DNA from: Antedon mediterranea | Taxonomy: Eukaryota; Animalia; Echinodermata | Direction of reading: 5' to 3' | DNA: 64,000 bases | NCBI RefSeq assembly: GCF_964355755.1 | Contig: NC_092678.1 | Location: 2,372,422-2,436,421, forward strand | In this document: positions 1 through 13,700 of the stretch, in pieces | How positions within the stretch are numbered: the stretch's first letter is position 1 | How the letters are laid out: the number at the start of each line of letters is the position of its first letter | The notes under the pieces: generated by a model | What the model was told of the DNA's origin: nothing | Databases searched by the model: none | What the model saw: only the letters and a program-made list of their open reading frames with translations | Position numbers and translations under genes: made by a program

Positions 1-344
1 TTCTACTGTTTAGACATGTTTGTGTACACTATTTACTAGAAGTTGGCTTTCTGTCCATTGATCTCATGAACATCAAAGACTGTTATTTAAATCACTGAGT
101 TCACCAACCTTTTTTCGCAAACTAGTTTGTCAAGAAAGTACATGACCAAACTTCTGCAAAACAATCTTCTGCATTTTGCTGTAGTTTTATCAACCGGTCG
201 AAACTGGCAAACTTTAGATAACTTTTTTTTCCAAACTCCAGAGTTTGCTCAAGCTTGCAAACTAAAGTTCATTAGTGTAGACTAGCCTTGATTGAGAGTT
301 GAAAAAAAAATCAACGTATGAACAATTCATTTTTGTTTTCAAAG

Positions 345-3300
345 GTCGTCCAACCGAAGTTCCAGAAGAACATGTGTTTATCTGCGAATCACAATACAAA
401 GAAGCAGAAAAACAAATTCGCAAGATCAAACATCTGAAGAGGTTTAAATCTCTCTCAAACAAAGTCATTGATGATGAGATGTATTTCTTTAAGAAACCTA
501 TCACCCCTCTTAAGGAGCCGTCGCCCCTCTTGAACGTCCAGGAGGAGGAAGAGGAGATTGAGGATGGGGTGTCACATATGGGTGATAGCGATACAGGGGT
601 GGACTCTGAGAGTATTACATCCACCCCGAAACTGAAAGCGGTAAGTCGAACCTCGCGGTATTCCCAAATTATTTTTTTACCTGATTAAAGCAACAAAAAC
701 TACCGTAAACATTCAAAAAGTATCTATAAATGTTCTTGTGTTATTATAACCTGTAAAATTGAAATGCATTACTTTACACAATAATGATGGTGTAATAGAG
801 GGTTGTGAATACACTGGGGTGGATTGCAGTACTAAACAATGCCTTTTGTTTGCGAGCTTAACTCTTAAGCCTATTTTACACTAGACGAATTTATTCGCGC
901 GACGCGAATTATTTCGAGGATACGCATGCGCTGTTTGTTTTTTCTTTGAAACGTTACCTTCGCAGCATCGCTCTAGCCGCTCGCAATTTTTCGCCGCGAC
1001 GAAAAAGTGAGTTCGACCAGTTTTAACTTTTTCGTTGATCGTCGCAGCGAAATAAAGCGCAAGCCAATAAAATCGATAGAAATGTCTACGTCATACTTGT
1101 AACCTGACCAGACCTGACCTTTTATTCCTCCTCATCCCGAGAAAAAAATGGATGAAAATAATATTTCGTGGTTCTGTGATACATTACTAGTTCAATTAAT
1201 AGTACAATTGATGCTACTGATATCGAGGAAAACATCGAAGAGCCAAATGTTGCACTTGAATTTAACAAGGAACTGTTCTTGTAATGACAGGCCGATGAAA
1301 CAAACTGCCTGGGTGAAAATAGGGCAAGTCTTTAACAAAGACGGTAAGTATACTAGGCCTAGGCCTAGGTATACTAATTATTAATTTTAGTATATATATT
1401 ATTAGTTAATAATCGTGATTTTATAAGTAATAGTTGTCTAACATTCACTGCAGCCATTTTCATTTTGCGCTAATCATCGCTAATGGCGCGAAAACTACCG
1501 AGCGAATCGAATCACGAATTGCTAGTGTAAAATAAAATATACAATCGCGCGAACTTTTTCGCGGCGAAATAATTCGCGTCGCGCGAATAAATTCGTCTAG
1601 TGTAAAATAGGCTTTAAGCTTGGTTCCCACTAGAACGTAACGCAAGGACGTAAACGCAACGCAAGCGTTTTAACCAATGACAAGCGAAGTTATAGACAGT
1701 TAGCAATCACAAGCGAATAAGCCATCGCTTGTGATTGGTCAATTCACTTGCGTTGCGTTACGTCCTTGCGTTGCGTCGCTAGTGGGAACCACGATTTAAG
1801 CTCTGTCTACACTATCAAACTTTATGTGACAATAAAAATGTGATGTGCCCTTATAATGATGATGTCATATCACTGCCATATTTAAGCATATCACTACCAT
1901 ATTTGGGCACATCACACTATTTTTGTCAAACTAGTTTGATAGTGTAGACAGAGAGTACACATATACATATTGCAATTCTCCCCATGTGTGTATACTGAAA
2001 TCTTATTCTATTCTTACAATTAACCTTATTTATGATTTAAAGTTATTATGAAAGGCACCTTGTTAGGGTACACCCTTCTCGATGCTGCAAAGCACTTTGC
2101 TTTATCTAATGCTATGATGGTATACTGCTACTAACAAAGGAAAAGATAGCACTGTGATTGGAATCGGTAAATGTTTGACTGTGAAATAGTAGAGAAACAC
2201 ATATTTGCCAAGTGTTTGTATAAGGGTATTGCGTGTTGTGTTGGGTGGATTTTAAGTTTGATTTTGAAAAGGTGTATTTTAAATATTGCCTTTTTACGAA
2301 TGAATACATGGACCTGTTTTGTGTTCTGATAATTGTGATGTGAATATGTATAGAAGGTGAATTTTTGTTTTAGCATGAGTGTTTGGCGAGACCTGAGACC
2401 CATTTGTAGAAATTGACTGTGTACCACTTTGTTTCTTTGAAACAATATTTTCAAAAATTTACGATTTATCCTTTATATATGGGTATACAGATCAGCCTTC
2501 AATTAAAGACCATTTTTTTAACTGTGGTTTTATTTAGGGAACATTTTTATTAAATAATTCTTGTTAAAAATAACAATCTGACTTAGGAGTAAGAAACATA
2601 GTTTTTGCTGGGTTTCTTGTTAATGAATGCGTAGCAATAAGGTAATTTAGTGTAGCATTTTGTTATACTACACTGCACTGGTGGAAGAGTTCCCTGATAT
2701 TGCCTGTGTGTTGTGCATCTAGGCCACAGAAAATGGTTTACTAATTGGCGTGGTCTTTAATTAAAGGCAGAGGGAGCTGTTTATCTATGAGTGTTGTTTC
2801 CACATTCTATATTTTGTTTTACTAATATGGGTAGCACCTTTCTTTTACATGCTTTCTCAGAAATCGCGCCACGCAAGCGGGTTTATTTTGTTTGCCAGCG
2901 AAAATCGTCCAGGTGTGCGAATAGCCAATCCCAAGTGGTCATTTGGGGAGATAAGCCGTGATATAGGCCTCAAGGTAACGTGTCTGTCCTTTGTCATTGT
3001 GTCTGACCTTTGACATTTTATATCCATTTTGTTTTTGCATGATGTAGAGTCAAAATACTATAATGCTTAAAAATATATTATTTTCTTATTCTCTTTGGCT
3101 TTTTCTTTGCACATCTAAATTTCTGTATTTTATTTTATAACAATCACATTTTATTATCAGACAACTACAGTAAATAATCAATCTGTTGACAAGATTATAA
3201 ACTGATAACTGTTAATGTTTGTCTTGCACTCATTTGAATTTTATTTATAAATCACTTAATTATAAATTAAAATATAATCTATTTGTCTAATATTATAAGT

Positions 3301-6300
3301 CTGTAGTACTGCACACAATATTATACATTCTATTATTTTATTAATATATTTGTTATTGTTAATTATTAACCTGAGATATATCCTCACCCTTTCACCTAAT
3401 AACTTTATTTTCAAAATAAATATATTGGTAAAATTATTTTATGTGGTTTAATTAGTGGCGTAATCTAACGCCAGAGCAGAAGGCAACGTATGAGGAGCGA
3501 GCCACAGAGTGGGCGGAAGCGAGGGCTGCGGAGAAGGAAGCCAACATCCCTCTGCCGTCTGCAGGTTCTGTCTGCATCTACGAATGCCTCTGGGAGGGAT
3601 GTGATCACCAGTATGAAGACAGAGATGACCTGCAAGGTCACATCATTGAGTTGTCAGGACATATTAAGAATACTGCGGATAATGGTAAGTATTAAAGTGT
3701 CTTGCCTTGGGACAATGTAACAGGTCTCAAAACTCCTGATCTCATGATCAGTCCAAAGCCTAACACATTGCGCCACACGTCCCCATTTCTGAGTCAAATT
3801 GTTTCAAATATTTTACAAATTGTTTGTTTTGCAGGAGGGAAGTCGTTTGCCTGTAAATGGAAAGGATGTCCAAGATATAAAAAAAACCAGTAAGTAAGAT
3901 GTGTATAGACACTCAATGACAATCCTAGGCAACATGTGGCAATCCTTGACAACATGTGACAATCCTAGGCAACATGTGATAATCATAGGCAACATGTAAC
4001 AATCCCAGAGACTCCATGACAATTCTAGACAACATGTGAGTGAGTGAGTGGTCGAGTGGTTAAGACGGTGGAACCGTAAATACGTAGCCATAACATCGGC
4101 AGGGGTTCGAGGCTCATTCACTCCATGGTTCTGGTGGTAGAACGAGTCTTCTTGGATAAGGACTATAAACCGTAGGTCCAGTGTACACATCTAGCTAGCC
4201 TAGTACATCTTTCGAGACGAGTAGGGGTTACCCCGGTGCATTAGTACATCACAGCCACTGATCACCAACTGGGCCCTCTGGGAGACCAGTCTTTGACTGA
4301 AGAGGTTACCCAGTATAAATATATATTTCAATTTAAATCATGTGACAATCCTAGGCAACACATGATAATCCTAGACAACATGTGACAATCCTAGGCAACA
4401 TGTGACAATTCTAGAAACTCCATGACAATCCTAGACAACATGTGACCATCCTAGGCAAAAACGTAACAATCCTAGAAAACATGTGACAATCCTTGGCCAC
4501 ATGTGACAATCCTATAGACTCCATGACAATCTTAGACACTCTTTGACATCCTAGAAAAATACCATGGTTCATAGCAAATCAAGATATTTTATTGTGTTAA
4601 TAGTATCTCATGGGTTGTTCTTTTATTAAACAAGTCTTTGAGAGTGGATTTGTTCTGTCATGAGAAAAATGTTGACATCTGACAGGAATTGAACCCAGGA
4701 CCATGAGATGAGCATCTTAACCACAACTCCACTCAATTGTTTCAATTTTTCTCTCTTGCAGACCTTTCCCTGTGATGGGGCGTCTAATCCGCCATTGCAA
4801 GGAAGTCCACATCCGACATGCGGCCAAGTACGTGTTCCCATCGCAAATCGGACGCAGCTATTTCTCCTGCGAGAGTGTTCAGAACGGGTTAAACGTGATG
4901 GCTCCTGGACAGAATGCGGTGATGGGCATAGTGGGGCCACCCACTCCAGTAGGTATGGCAGCTCGTCAGATCAACCCAGGCTTTAACCCAATGTTACAAG
5001 GTATAAGTTTAATTTGATGGGTAGTTGTAGTGGAATCAACCATTTATCACTGTGTGTGCTCTTCATCTACTACTATTTGGTGTAGAAGGCTGCTAAGGTC
5101 ATCACTGGGTATTTGATGCATCAACCTCTATCACAGAATCCTTTTTCTATTTCATCTACTACTAACGTATATGAAAACATTACGGTTGCATTTTGCTTTT
5201 AGCAAGCTAAACATGTTTGAAGTGTACTTATTCCATCGACATCATAATCTATATCTTAATCATTATCACTATTTTCTCAGTCAATTTATCTGTTATGCAT
5301 GACCAATTACTTAGAACATTACATAGCATATACTTATATATATATATTTAAGAAAATGTTATATTTCAATCTACCTTATGATAGTGTGACAAGAAACTTC
5401 TAATCTATTGGAATGGAAGTTTAGGTCTGGTTTCCACTAGGACACAATGCAAGGGCATTAGTGCAACTCAAGTAATTTGACCAATCAATAGAAATTGATC
5501 ATCCGAACAGTTGCTTGTCATTGGTCAACTTGCTTACATTGTGCTTACGTCCTTCCATTGCCTCATAGTGGGAACCAAGCTTTAATAGTATAGTTTAGAT
5601 CAGTCTAATTTTTCAATACTCAAACGATACCACTAATAGGGAGATTTTGATTTGCAACGACCGACGACCAAACTACGTCATGTTAGTTCATTGTGCACAT
5701 TCTTGAACATTAGGACGTGTGTCCTCGATCCTCACCTCGACACAGATTTGATGGTTTCTTTGTCGAGGTGACAACACATCGATCTCCCCCCCCCCCCCCA
5801 TGACAGCTAAAATAAAATTAAGACTATTAAAATTTCTGGATCCGCTCCCTGCTTTCAGACCTGGATGAATCACAATATATTTTGAATATGAAATGAAATT
5901 GATTCATTGAGAATGAATGTTAACATACATACATACATACATGGTCATAATAATCATGTTTGTAATATACAAAGTTATGATGGTTATCTATTGTCTAAAG
6001 ATTATTAATATTTATTACAATTACTCATTTCTTTACACTCATAAGCATGTATTGCATTGCGGGAGCAGGGAGTTGTTATTAGTACTAATAACAACTCCCT
6101 GGCGGGAGCAAGTCTGAATAGAATGCTAGATTAACAGACATTTTTCATAGACAATGCAACGATTTGAATTTTACTAATATATTACTTAATTTATTCATTA
6201 TTTCAGGTCAAATGCAGGGATACCCTCAGCAAGGGATGCCGCAACAATGGCATCAGCAACAAGGGGGCCAGTGGCAACAGGTGCAGCAGCAACCAGGCCA

Positions 6301-9028
6301 GTATATGACCCCAGGTCAACCTATGCAGCAGTATCAGATGATGCAACAGGGTATGGGGTCACAACAGGGTCACATAATGCAGCAAGGTAATGTCATAGGT
6401 CGTGTGAGTGACCTCTTTGATTTTGTTAGTAGTTTTCAATGAGTATAAATGTATTTGAATAAATCTAGCTATTTGCAGTTTAACTACATGTGTGATGTGT
6501 TACAATTTGATTGTGCATGGGCCTTTTATTATTACATGTGTGTGTATTTAAATTGTAAAATAAACTGTATAATAGTGTATATATATGCAGTATTAGGGGT
6601 GGGGTTATAGAACTTTATTTTATGTAGCAAGCATGTTTTGTATGTGAACAACCCATGCATGTTTCCTCCTAATAGGTATGATGCCATATAACCAGCCTCC
6701 TCCGATGATGATGGCACCACTGCCGCACCTCATGGCTCCTGGAAACCCCCCTCCTCCACCTCATCATCCACCCCCTCCTCCTCAAATGCTAGGCCCTCAG
6801 CCTGTGCAACTTCAACAACAAGGTCTAAAATCATTTTTAAATCCACTTTCACTTTCAATAAAAACACTTTGCTTTCTTTAGCCACAATATTTTTTTTATA
6901 CTTTATACAGTCATTTCTAACACAAGAAACTCATCTGATTTTTTTTTACTATTCAAACCCACAATCTGAAAAATCTTAATTTTGGACCAACTCAAGTACA
7001 TTGGTAGAGATGACTGTATTTAAATTTCTTTCTTCTAATTTTCTAGCTTTCATTTATCTTTCAGCTTGCACTCACTAGTGTAGTTTAGAAAATAATCATC
7101 TTTACCATTTAGAAATTAATTGATTTTTAGTATATCACTGGGCCGGTTAAAAGTTGTCTTTAAAATTATTACACAAATGATAAAAATGATAAAAATTAGC
7201 ACAGTATATATTATATTATATATATATTATGCTGACATTTATTATGCTGACATTTAAAACATTAATTACAATGGTCTTTATTATTAATGTTTTAGTTGTA
7301 TGCTCACATTTTGTCAGCAAACGCGTGTATGCTTGATTTATTTTCTTGCTTTTATATATTATAAACTGGGTTTGTGGTACATTGTATCATTTTATTAATA
7401 TTGCACTTATATTTATCATGGAAATTCACTTCTTTCTTTGCTATAAGGTTTATCGCAAAAAGCGTGCACGACACATTATGAGAAGGATGTAGGAGCAAAC
7501 GTCACAACGCGTACATGCATGATTTGTTGTTTGTACGTATGCATTGTGACTTTTTCCCCCAGACCCTTCCCATCATGCATTGTACAGTGAAGCTCCTCAC
7601 GAAATCAAGCCATTTGCGATAAAACTTATTACTCAGAGTTATGGAACTACATAAGTAGTGTACCGTAAACTGTATATAAACAATATGGTGCATATCTTAT
7701 TTTTTTTTTTTTTTAAATTTTATTTCATACTCATCCAACAGCGAGTAACCCGCCAATTACAGGATGGATAAACTATTAAATAATTTCACAAGACAAACAT
7801 ATACACAAGATGCTCTACATAAACAAAGACTTATTATTAAGTCTTTGGGAGTGGAGTTGTAAATTGTCATGAGAAAAAAACCCTGACATATGACAGGACT
7901 TGAACCCAGGACCCTTAGATTGGTAGCCAAGCATCATAACCACCAAGCCACAGCTTTTAATTTCATAATTCACTTTGCAGTACATAGAACGCTATCTTTT
8001 GGACACACTAGAGGCCAATTTAAACAGACGAGCGGTAACGGTATTAAAAATATAGAATCTATGTTATTCCTTATGACCATTTACCCACACCACGTAGCAG
8101 ACGGGTGGTTTCTGCCCAGGATAGATACAGATTCTACGTGGGGACAAGCTACACGGTTTTCCGCTTACCGTTACCGCTTGTCTGTGTAAATTGACCTTTA
8201 CAACATGGCATACTTATCATTACAATTCAAGTATTTGCTATTACAAAGAGTTAGAGGTTCTTTTTCTGTTTATTAATGCATATTTCGTTAATCCCATAAT
8301 TCATAGTCTTTTTTCAACATGCTTTTATTTTGGACATTCTTGCATTTTATGGTCTGAATGCAGTTCTCATATTGTCAAGTTACTGGAGTCACTTGTATTC
8401 TAAAATCCTTAATTTCTTGTTTATTTTAGGAGTTCAAATGAATCAGAATCAGTTGAACGTTCAACCTCAGCCGCCTCCGCAGCCAATGTTTGTTGCTCCG
8501 CCCCCAAAAACTCAACGATTGCTCCACTCTGAAGCCTACATCCGGTAAGAACTTGTTAATGTGTCTCTTATTTATAGAACTTCTGTTCATTCCGGAGAGC
8601 AATCAATACATGACCTACTCTGATGTCTACAAATTGCAAGGAAACCTCAGAATCACAAAGAATACATTTATAAGCCCATCGTCTTTCTCATAAATTGACA
8701 AAGCAGAAGCTCAGAAATATATGTACTGTAGTTGTGGTTTTAAAGTTTTCTAAAATGTTATTGACCACTTTAACCTATATTCTTGTTTCTCTTGTCATAT
8801 AGGTATATCGAAGGTCTAACGCCGAACAAGACAAGCGTCGGGGACTGGGAGAGGAACCTGTACATTCGCCCTGAGCATGTTCCACCAACGTCTGACAACA
8901 GAGGGCGCAATGTTAGTCAGTGGTTAGAGAATAAACCCGCAGATGGCGATGTTACCAAGGCATTGTGGAAGCTACGCGACTACATGCTCAATGATGCGTT
9001 AAGAATTGATCGTACTTATGAATTGTAA
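345..9028 (+). CDS. PBRM1: Polybromo-1 (BAF180), 3' part: end of BAH2, HMG box, two C2H2-like fingers, Q/P-rich tract and conserved C-terminus
   Basis: Exons 345-640, 2861-2974, 3456-3684, 3835-3889, 4762-5000, 6207-6386, 6676-6822, 8430-8544, 8803-9028(stop). All have GT-AG boundaries and compatible phases. Peptides RPTEVPEEHVFICESQYKEAEKQIRK..YFFKKPITPLKEPSPLL (BAH2 end), SGFILFASENR..WSFGEISRDIGLKWRNLTPEQKATYEERA (HMG box) and PMFVAPPPKTQRLLHSEAYIRYIEGL..ALWKLRDYMLNDAL match the PBRM1 C-terminal half. The gene starts upstream of the window. Confidence 0.95.
868..1613. mobile_element. Non-autonomous PIF/Harbinger-like TIR element (MITE family 1)
   Basis: ~49-bp perfect TIR agcctattttacactagacgaatttattcgcgcgacgcgaattatttcg at 868-916 and inverted at 1565-1613; TTA on both sides (865-867, 1614-1616). 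Confidence 0.88.
1617..1795. mobile_element. Harbinger-like MITE family 2 (agcttggttcccactag...ctagtgggaacca)
   Basis: Imperfect long palindrome with TTA flanks (1614-1616, 1796-1798). A near-identical inverted copy is at 25111-25290, diverged copies at 5424-5581 and 29407-29563. Confidence 0.88.
1799..1953. mobile_element. Harbinger-like MITE family 3 (agctctgtctacactatcaaa...tttgatagtgtagacagag)
   Basis: TIR agctctgtctacactatcaaa and its inverse. Further full or partial copies near 44117-44204, 45031-45165, 48432-48562, 59920-60054 and 61953-62110. Confidence 0.85.
3918..4555. repeat. 20-bp minisatellite (gacaatcctaggcaacatgt), interrupted by a SINE
   Basis: Units at 3918-4039 and 4339-4555. 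Confidence 0.9.
4040..4338 (+). mobile_element. tRNA-derived SINE with a Deu/Nin-like central domain
   Basis: A box (tggtcgagtgg) and B box (ggttcgaggct). The central gataaggactataaaccgtaggtcc...gagtaggggttaccccggtg resembles the DeuSINE core. AT-rich tail; CATGTGA duplicated on both sides. Confidence 0.75.
4630..4730 (-). mobile_element. Degenerate copy of tRNA-derived SINE family B
   Basis: gacaggaattgaacccaggacc..accacaactcc is similar to the inverse of the 63377-63565 copy. Confidence 0.6.
5424..5581. mobile_element. MITE family 2, diverged copy
   Basis: ggtctggtttccactagga...gtgggaaccaagct with TTA flanks. Confidence 0.75.
7783..7955 (-). mobile_element. tRNA-derived SINE family B
   Basis: The reverse strand reads gtggcttggtggttatgatgcttggctacc...gggttcaagtcctg (A and B boxes); highly similar to 63377-63565. 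Confidence 0.8.
8012..8197. mobile_element. Small TIR element (MITE)
   Basis: aggccaatttaaacagacgagcggtaacggta versus taccgttaccgcttgtctgtgtaaattgacct (about 32-bp imperfect TIR). Confidence 0.7.
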
Positions 9029-9560
9029 GCTTTGGGGTTTTTTCAAATAACATTTTAAAAGATGTGTTGTGTGTCGATTTTAGATGTTAATGACCTGCAT
9101 AATGGCAGTGACGTAACACAGGAGGAGGAGGAAGGCCTTGGTTTAACACTTCTAAGAGGCCCTCCATCGCTGCTCATGCTCTGGTGCCCCTTAAGCTCTT
9201 GGGCCCTAGGTTAAGCCAGTGATAGCTTATTGCCACTGCAGTATTAACAATCGCAGAATAGAATATTCTATCAATGGTTGGCTTGCCAATGACAAAACCA
9301 ATTTATATGAACGTAACAACATTTGTAAATATTGAGGAGCGCCTTTTTATAATAGTATATTTATTTCCTTTTTTCAGTGAGGAAAAAGAACCACAATTCA
9401 GAGATGATGATATCATAATAGAGGTGACTAGATGATCACATGTAAAAATACTGTATGTAAATTATTAATTTATTAATAACTTTGTTCAAGTGCTGGATTA
9501 AAATGTGAAAAAAGTTAAGTTGCTTAATTCCTAGGCAGTAAAAACCAACTTCTTTATCGT

Positions 9561-9797
9561 ACCAATTGTTGTTCTATATTTAGCCTCAAGATGACATCAT
9601 ACCAATTGTTGTTCTATATTTAGCCTCAAGATGACATCATACCAATTGTTGTTCTATATTTAGCCTCAAGATGACATCATACCAATTGTTGTTCTATATT
9701 TAGCCTCAAGATGACATCATACCAATTGTTGTTCTATATTTAGCCTCAAGATGACATCATACCAATTGTTGTTCTATATTTAGCCTCAAGATGACAT
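9561..9797. repeat. 40-bp tandem repeat (~6 copies) in the probable PBRM1 3' UTR
   Basis: Identical units accaattgttgttctatatttagcctcaagatgacatcat, followed by AATAAA at ~9808. Confidence 0.92.
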
Positions 9798-11235
9798 GAA
9801 CGTGTCAATAAACAATGTTTCAATTTGTTTTCTAGAAAAATATAAACAAGGTTTTGTTGACTTTTAATTTATTTTATACTTTTTTATGTGTATAATTTTT
9901 TTTTGTTATTAGTTTAATATGTTATTACATAGTAGCAAAGAACTTATAAAAAAAGAATCTCCTGTTAGTCCAATGGCCATTGAAAACACAGTAAAAGGTC
10001 AAGCTGGGCGACGCCATTTCACAGCATGGAGCAGCGCCCTCTCCAAACTAGAAAGGCAAAACTATTAATTACTATAGATTCTTTCTTTCTAACATGTTGA
10101 GGGAGCACTACTCTATGGCTCCAGATGCTCTATTCTATCCTACAATGCCTTTCGAAAATTTTACACGCTTCAGACGAACACGAGATTCTTGTGTTGCAAG
10201 TTCTTTGATAGTAGTTGTAAATTGTACCTTCCATTAGTATAAAATATTAAGATATAATAACTAAAATATTCCATAAAAATGTTTGTAATCTCCTAATAAA
10301 CTCAAAAACAAATAATTTAGTATTGTGTATATTATTAAAAATGTTGTGGAATATAAAATATTCCCTAAACAACATTTTGGCATACATGGCGTGTCATAAC
10401 TATGTTATAGAGGGTGACAAACCGATAATTATGATTATGAAACTGTAACAGTGATTGTGATTGTATACCAGAAGACAGAGGGCGCCAAACCGATGAAGTT
10501 GTAACAGTGATTGTATACCAGAAGACAGAGTGCGGCAAACCGATACTTTTAATTATCATGAAGCTGTAACTTGATTTGGCATACATGGCGTGTCATAACT
10601 ATGTAAGTTATAGAGGGCGGCAAACCGATAATTTTAATTACCATAAAGCTGCTGTAACAGTGTGATTGTATACCAGAAGAAGACCGATAATTTTAATTAT
10701 CATAAAACTATAACAGCGATTTGGCATACATGGCGTGTCATAATTATGCCAGTTATAGAGGGTGGCAAACCCATAATTTTAATTATCATGAATATGATTG
10801 AATATTATTACAGGTATTAGAGTTTATAAGTTTGTGTATAATAGTGTTGATGGCTTTCTGAGATCTCATTGATATTTTAGAGGCCTTATATGTGCAGGGG
10901 GACAGAGACAGTTTATGGCAAAAACTGCTATTTAATTCAGTTTTACTGTCGTCTCCTGAACGACTAGTAGTTACTTTAAATATTCATAGAAGAAAATATT
11001 TTGGCATACACGGCGTGTCATATTTATACCAATTATAGAGGGCGGCAAACCGATAATTTTAATTATCATGAAGCTGTAACTTGATTTGACATACATGGCG
11101 TGTCATAACTATGCCAGTTACAGAGGGCGGCAAACCGATAATTGTAATGATCATAAAGCTGCTGTAACAGTGTGATTGTATACCAGAAGACAGAGAGCGG
11201 CAAACCGATAATTTTAATTATCATGAAGCTGCGCT

Positions 11236-13691
11236 TTCGAAAACGAAACAAAAATGGACAAACACTCATAGATTTCTGTGAAAAACACAATTTATTCATA
11301 ACTAACAGCGCGTTTCAGCATTCAGCACGTCATATAACTACATGGTCCCAACAGAGAAGAAATTCCAAAGGAGAACTGATCAAACTGTACACTCAAATAG
11401 ACTATATTATATGTAAAAGTAGATACAAGACTCTCCTAAAGAACGCTAGGTCATACAACGGAACACTTTTAGATAGTGATCACAGAATAGTAATCACAAC
11501 ATTCAACTTAAAATGGCATCGCGTCAACAAACAAAACACTAACAAAAACACTAACTTATTTGCATGTGAAAAGCTAGTGACAAGCGAAGAAACTAGGAAT
11601 TTATACGTAGAAAAACTGAAAGAATGCATAGATGTTGTTGTGAAACCGGATCAGCCAACCGTTACATGGCAGGAATTGAAAAGCGTCGTGAAGGCAGCTG
11701 CAAAACATACAATAGGACCAAAACAAAAGGTCGGCTACAACAAAAGGACATACGATGACACAATCCAACGCCTATCAACGCAGCAAAAAGAACTTAGACT
11801 ACAAATACCTAACTGCAAGTCGGAAATCGAACGTACATCATTAAAGCAAAAAAGAAACAAAATCATGCATGACATTCAAAAAAGAGTAATTGAAACACGC
11901 AACAAAGAACTTGATCAGAAAAGTTTGGATATCGACAAAGCGATAGGGGGCGCCCAAATGTTTAAAGCAGTGAAAGATCTTAATAGAAAACCATTCGAAA
12001 ATCCAAAAGTGTTTGATGCTAACAAAAAGTTTATTGCCTCACCAAATGGAATAGCGAAAGTAATTGGCAATCACTTCAAAAATAAATTTTACGACGGAAG
12101 CAAACAAAATATAGATTCATTTGAGGGAAATCCTAGGCCATTAAATAAAGAAATCAGTGAAGAGGAAGTAACCAAGAGTCTTAAACGCCTAAACAACAGT
12201 CGAGCAACAGGTGAGGATGGTATCCCAGGAGAACTACTAAAATACGGTTCCCCTGTTCTAGCTCCAATGATTTCAGACATTTTAAATCAAATATTTACAA
12301 AACATGAATTCGTGGATATTAATAAAGGAACACTCATAGCACTACCAAAACCGGGTAAGGAAAAGGGTCCAACTAAGAATTTACGACCTGTTATTCTACT
12401 TAACACCATACGCAAGTGCCTATCGCTTATAACACTGGATAGAATTACATCGAAAGTAGACGCATTCTTACCACAAAGCCAAAGTGGGTTTCGCAAAGGC
12501 AGAAGCACAAGTGATATAGTTTTTACACATAGATGGCTTATAGCTAAAGCACAAAAAGAAAAAATAAATATTTACATAACCGGTATAGATATGTCCAGCG
12601 CGTTTGACACAGTGGACAGAAACAAACTCCTCGACATACTCAAACATATTATAGACGAAGATGAACTTAGGATCGTTAGATTTCTGCTGAGTGAAACCGG
12701 ACTAAATCTAAAAATAAAAGGTGCAAAAGAACAGCCAATATTCCTAACCAACATCGGCACCCCTCAAGGAGATAGCTTAAGCCCGGTCTTATTCACTGTT
12801 TACCTTGAGTCTGCGCTACGAGGAATCAGAACAATTATCCAAACAGAAATACCTCAAGAGATATCATATGCTGATGATGTAGATTTTTTGAGTCTAAATA
12901 GCAAGCATAATGTAAACGAATTAGAACGCCATTTATCAACTTTCAACTTAAATGTAAATAAAGAAAAAACAGAACACACTATCGTAAGACGAGAAAAAGA
13001 GGACATACAAGAACAATGGAGAAACACGAAAAAAGTAGGATCGCTCCTTGGGGACAGACAAGACATAATTAGAAGAAAACAACTAGCGCGTGTAGCAATG
13101 ACCAAACTAAACTCGATGTGGCTTCGAAAAGATAAAATCAAATTAAAAATACGTATCAAGCTGTACAACTCACTAGTTAAAAGTATATTACTCTACAACT
13201 CTGAAACATGGGGACTCACAAAAGAAGAAGCACATAAACTCGACACATTTCACAGACAGCAACTTCGCAAAATCATAGGTATCAGGTTCCCAGACAGGAT
13301 ATCGAACATTAATTTATACAGAAGGACAGGAACAAAACCGATTTCATTAGAAATAGTCGACGCAAGATGGAGACTATTGGGTCACATACTTAGACAAGAC
13401 CCATGTACACCAGCCAACACAGCAATAAGCTATTATTTCAGCAACACTACCAATATAAAATTTCGAGGAAGACCGAGAACCACCCTACCAATAACTCTCA
13501 GCAACGACCTACTCACCCTTTATAAGCATAATACAGACATTAAGTATCCCGGACAATTGAAAACAAAGAAAGACATGAAACAACTTAAAGAACTAGCCAA
13601 TGAAAGATCAGACTGGAAGAAACTAGTAAAAGAGATTTACGGAGCAGCCCAAGCGGAAATGTCGGCAGACTTTTCAGCGGAAAGGCAGTAA
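11236..13691 (+). CDS. Partial APE endonuclease plus reverse transcriptase of an RTE-type LINE
   Basis: Open frame with endonuclease motifs (NKNGQTLIDFC, QIDYII, SDHRIV), RT motifs (QSGFRKGRST, DMSSAFDTVDR, PQGDSLSPVLF, YADD) and an RTE-like tail (RWRLLGHILR, RGRPRTT). The first ~21 aa of the listed ORF 11172-13691 come from the satellite and TSD, not the element. Confidence 0.92.
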
Positions 13692-13700
13692 TAATATAAT
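11236..13700 (+). mobile_element. 5'-truncated RTE-clade non-LTR retrotransposon
   Basis: 13-bp TSD atgaagctgcgct (11223-11235 and 13701-13713); a taataatataat tail starts at the stop codon, so there is essentially no 3' UTR, as is typical of RTE elements. Confidence 0.9.

Noticed and set aside
2589-2735. Possible extra PBRM1 micro-exons before the HMG exon
   Set aside because: Only weak AG/GT pairs; exons 345-640 and 2861-2974 already join in frame.
11172-11235. N-terminus of the 839-aa ORF
   Set aside because: It derives from satellite and TSD sequence upstream of the LINE truncation point, not from the element's protein.
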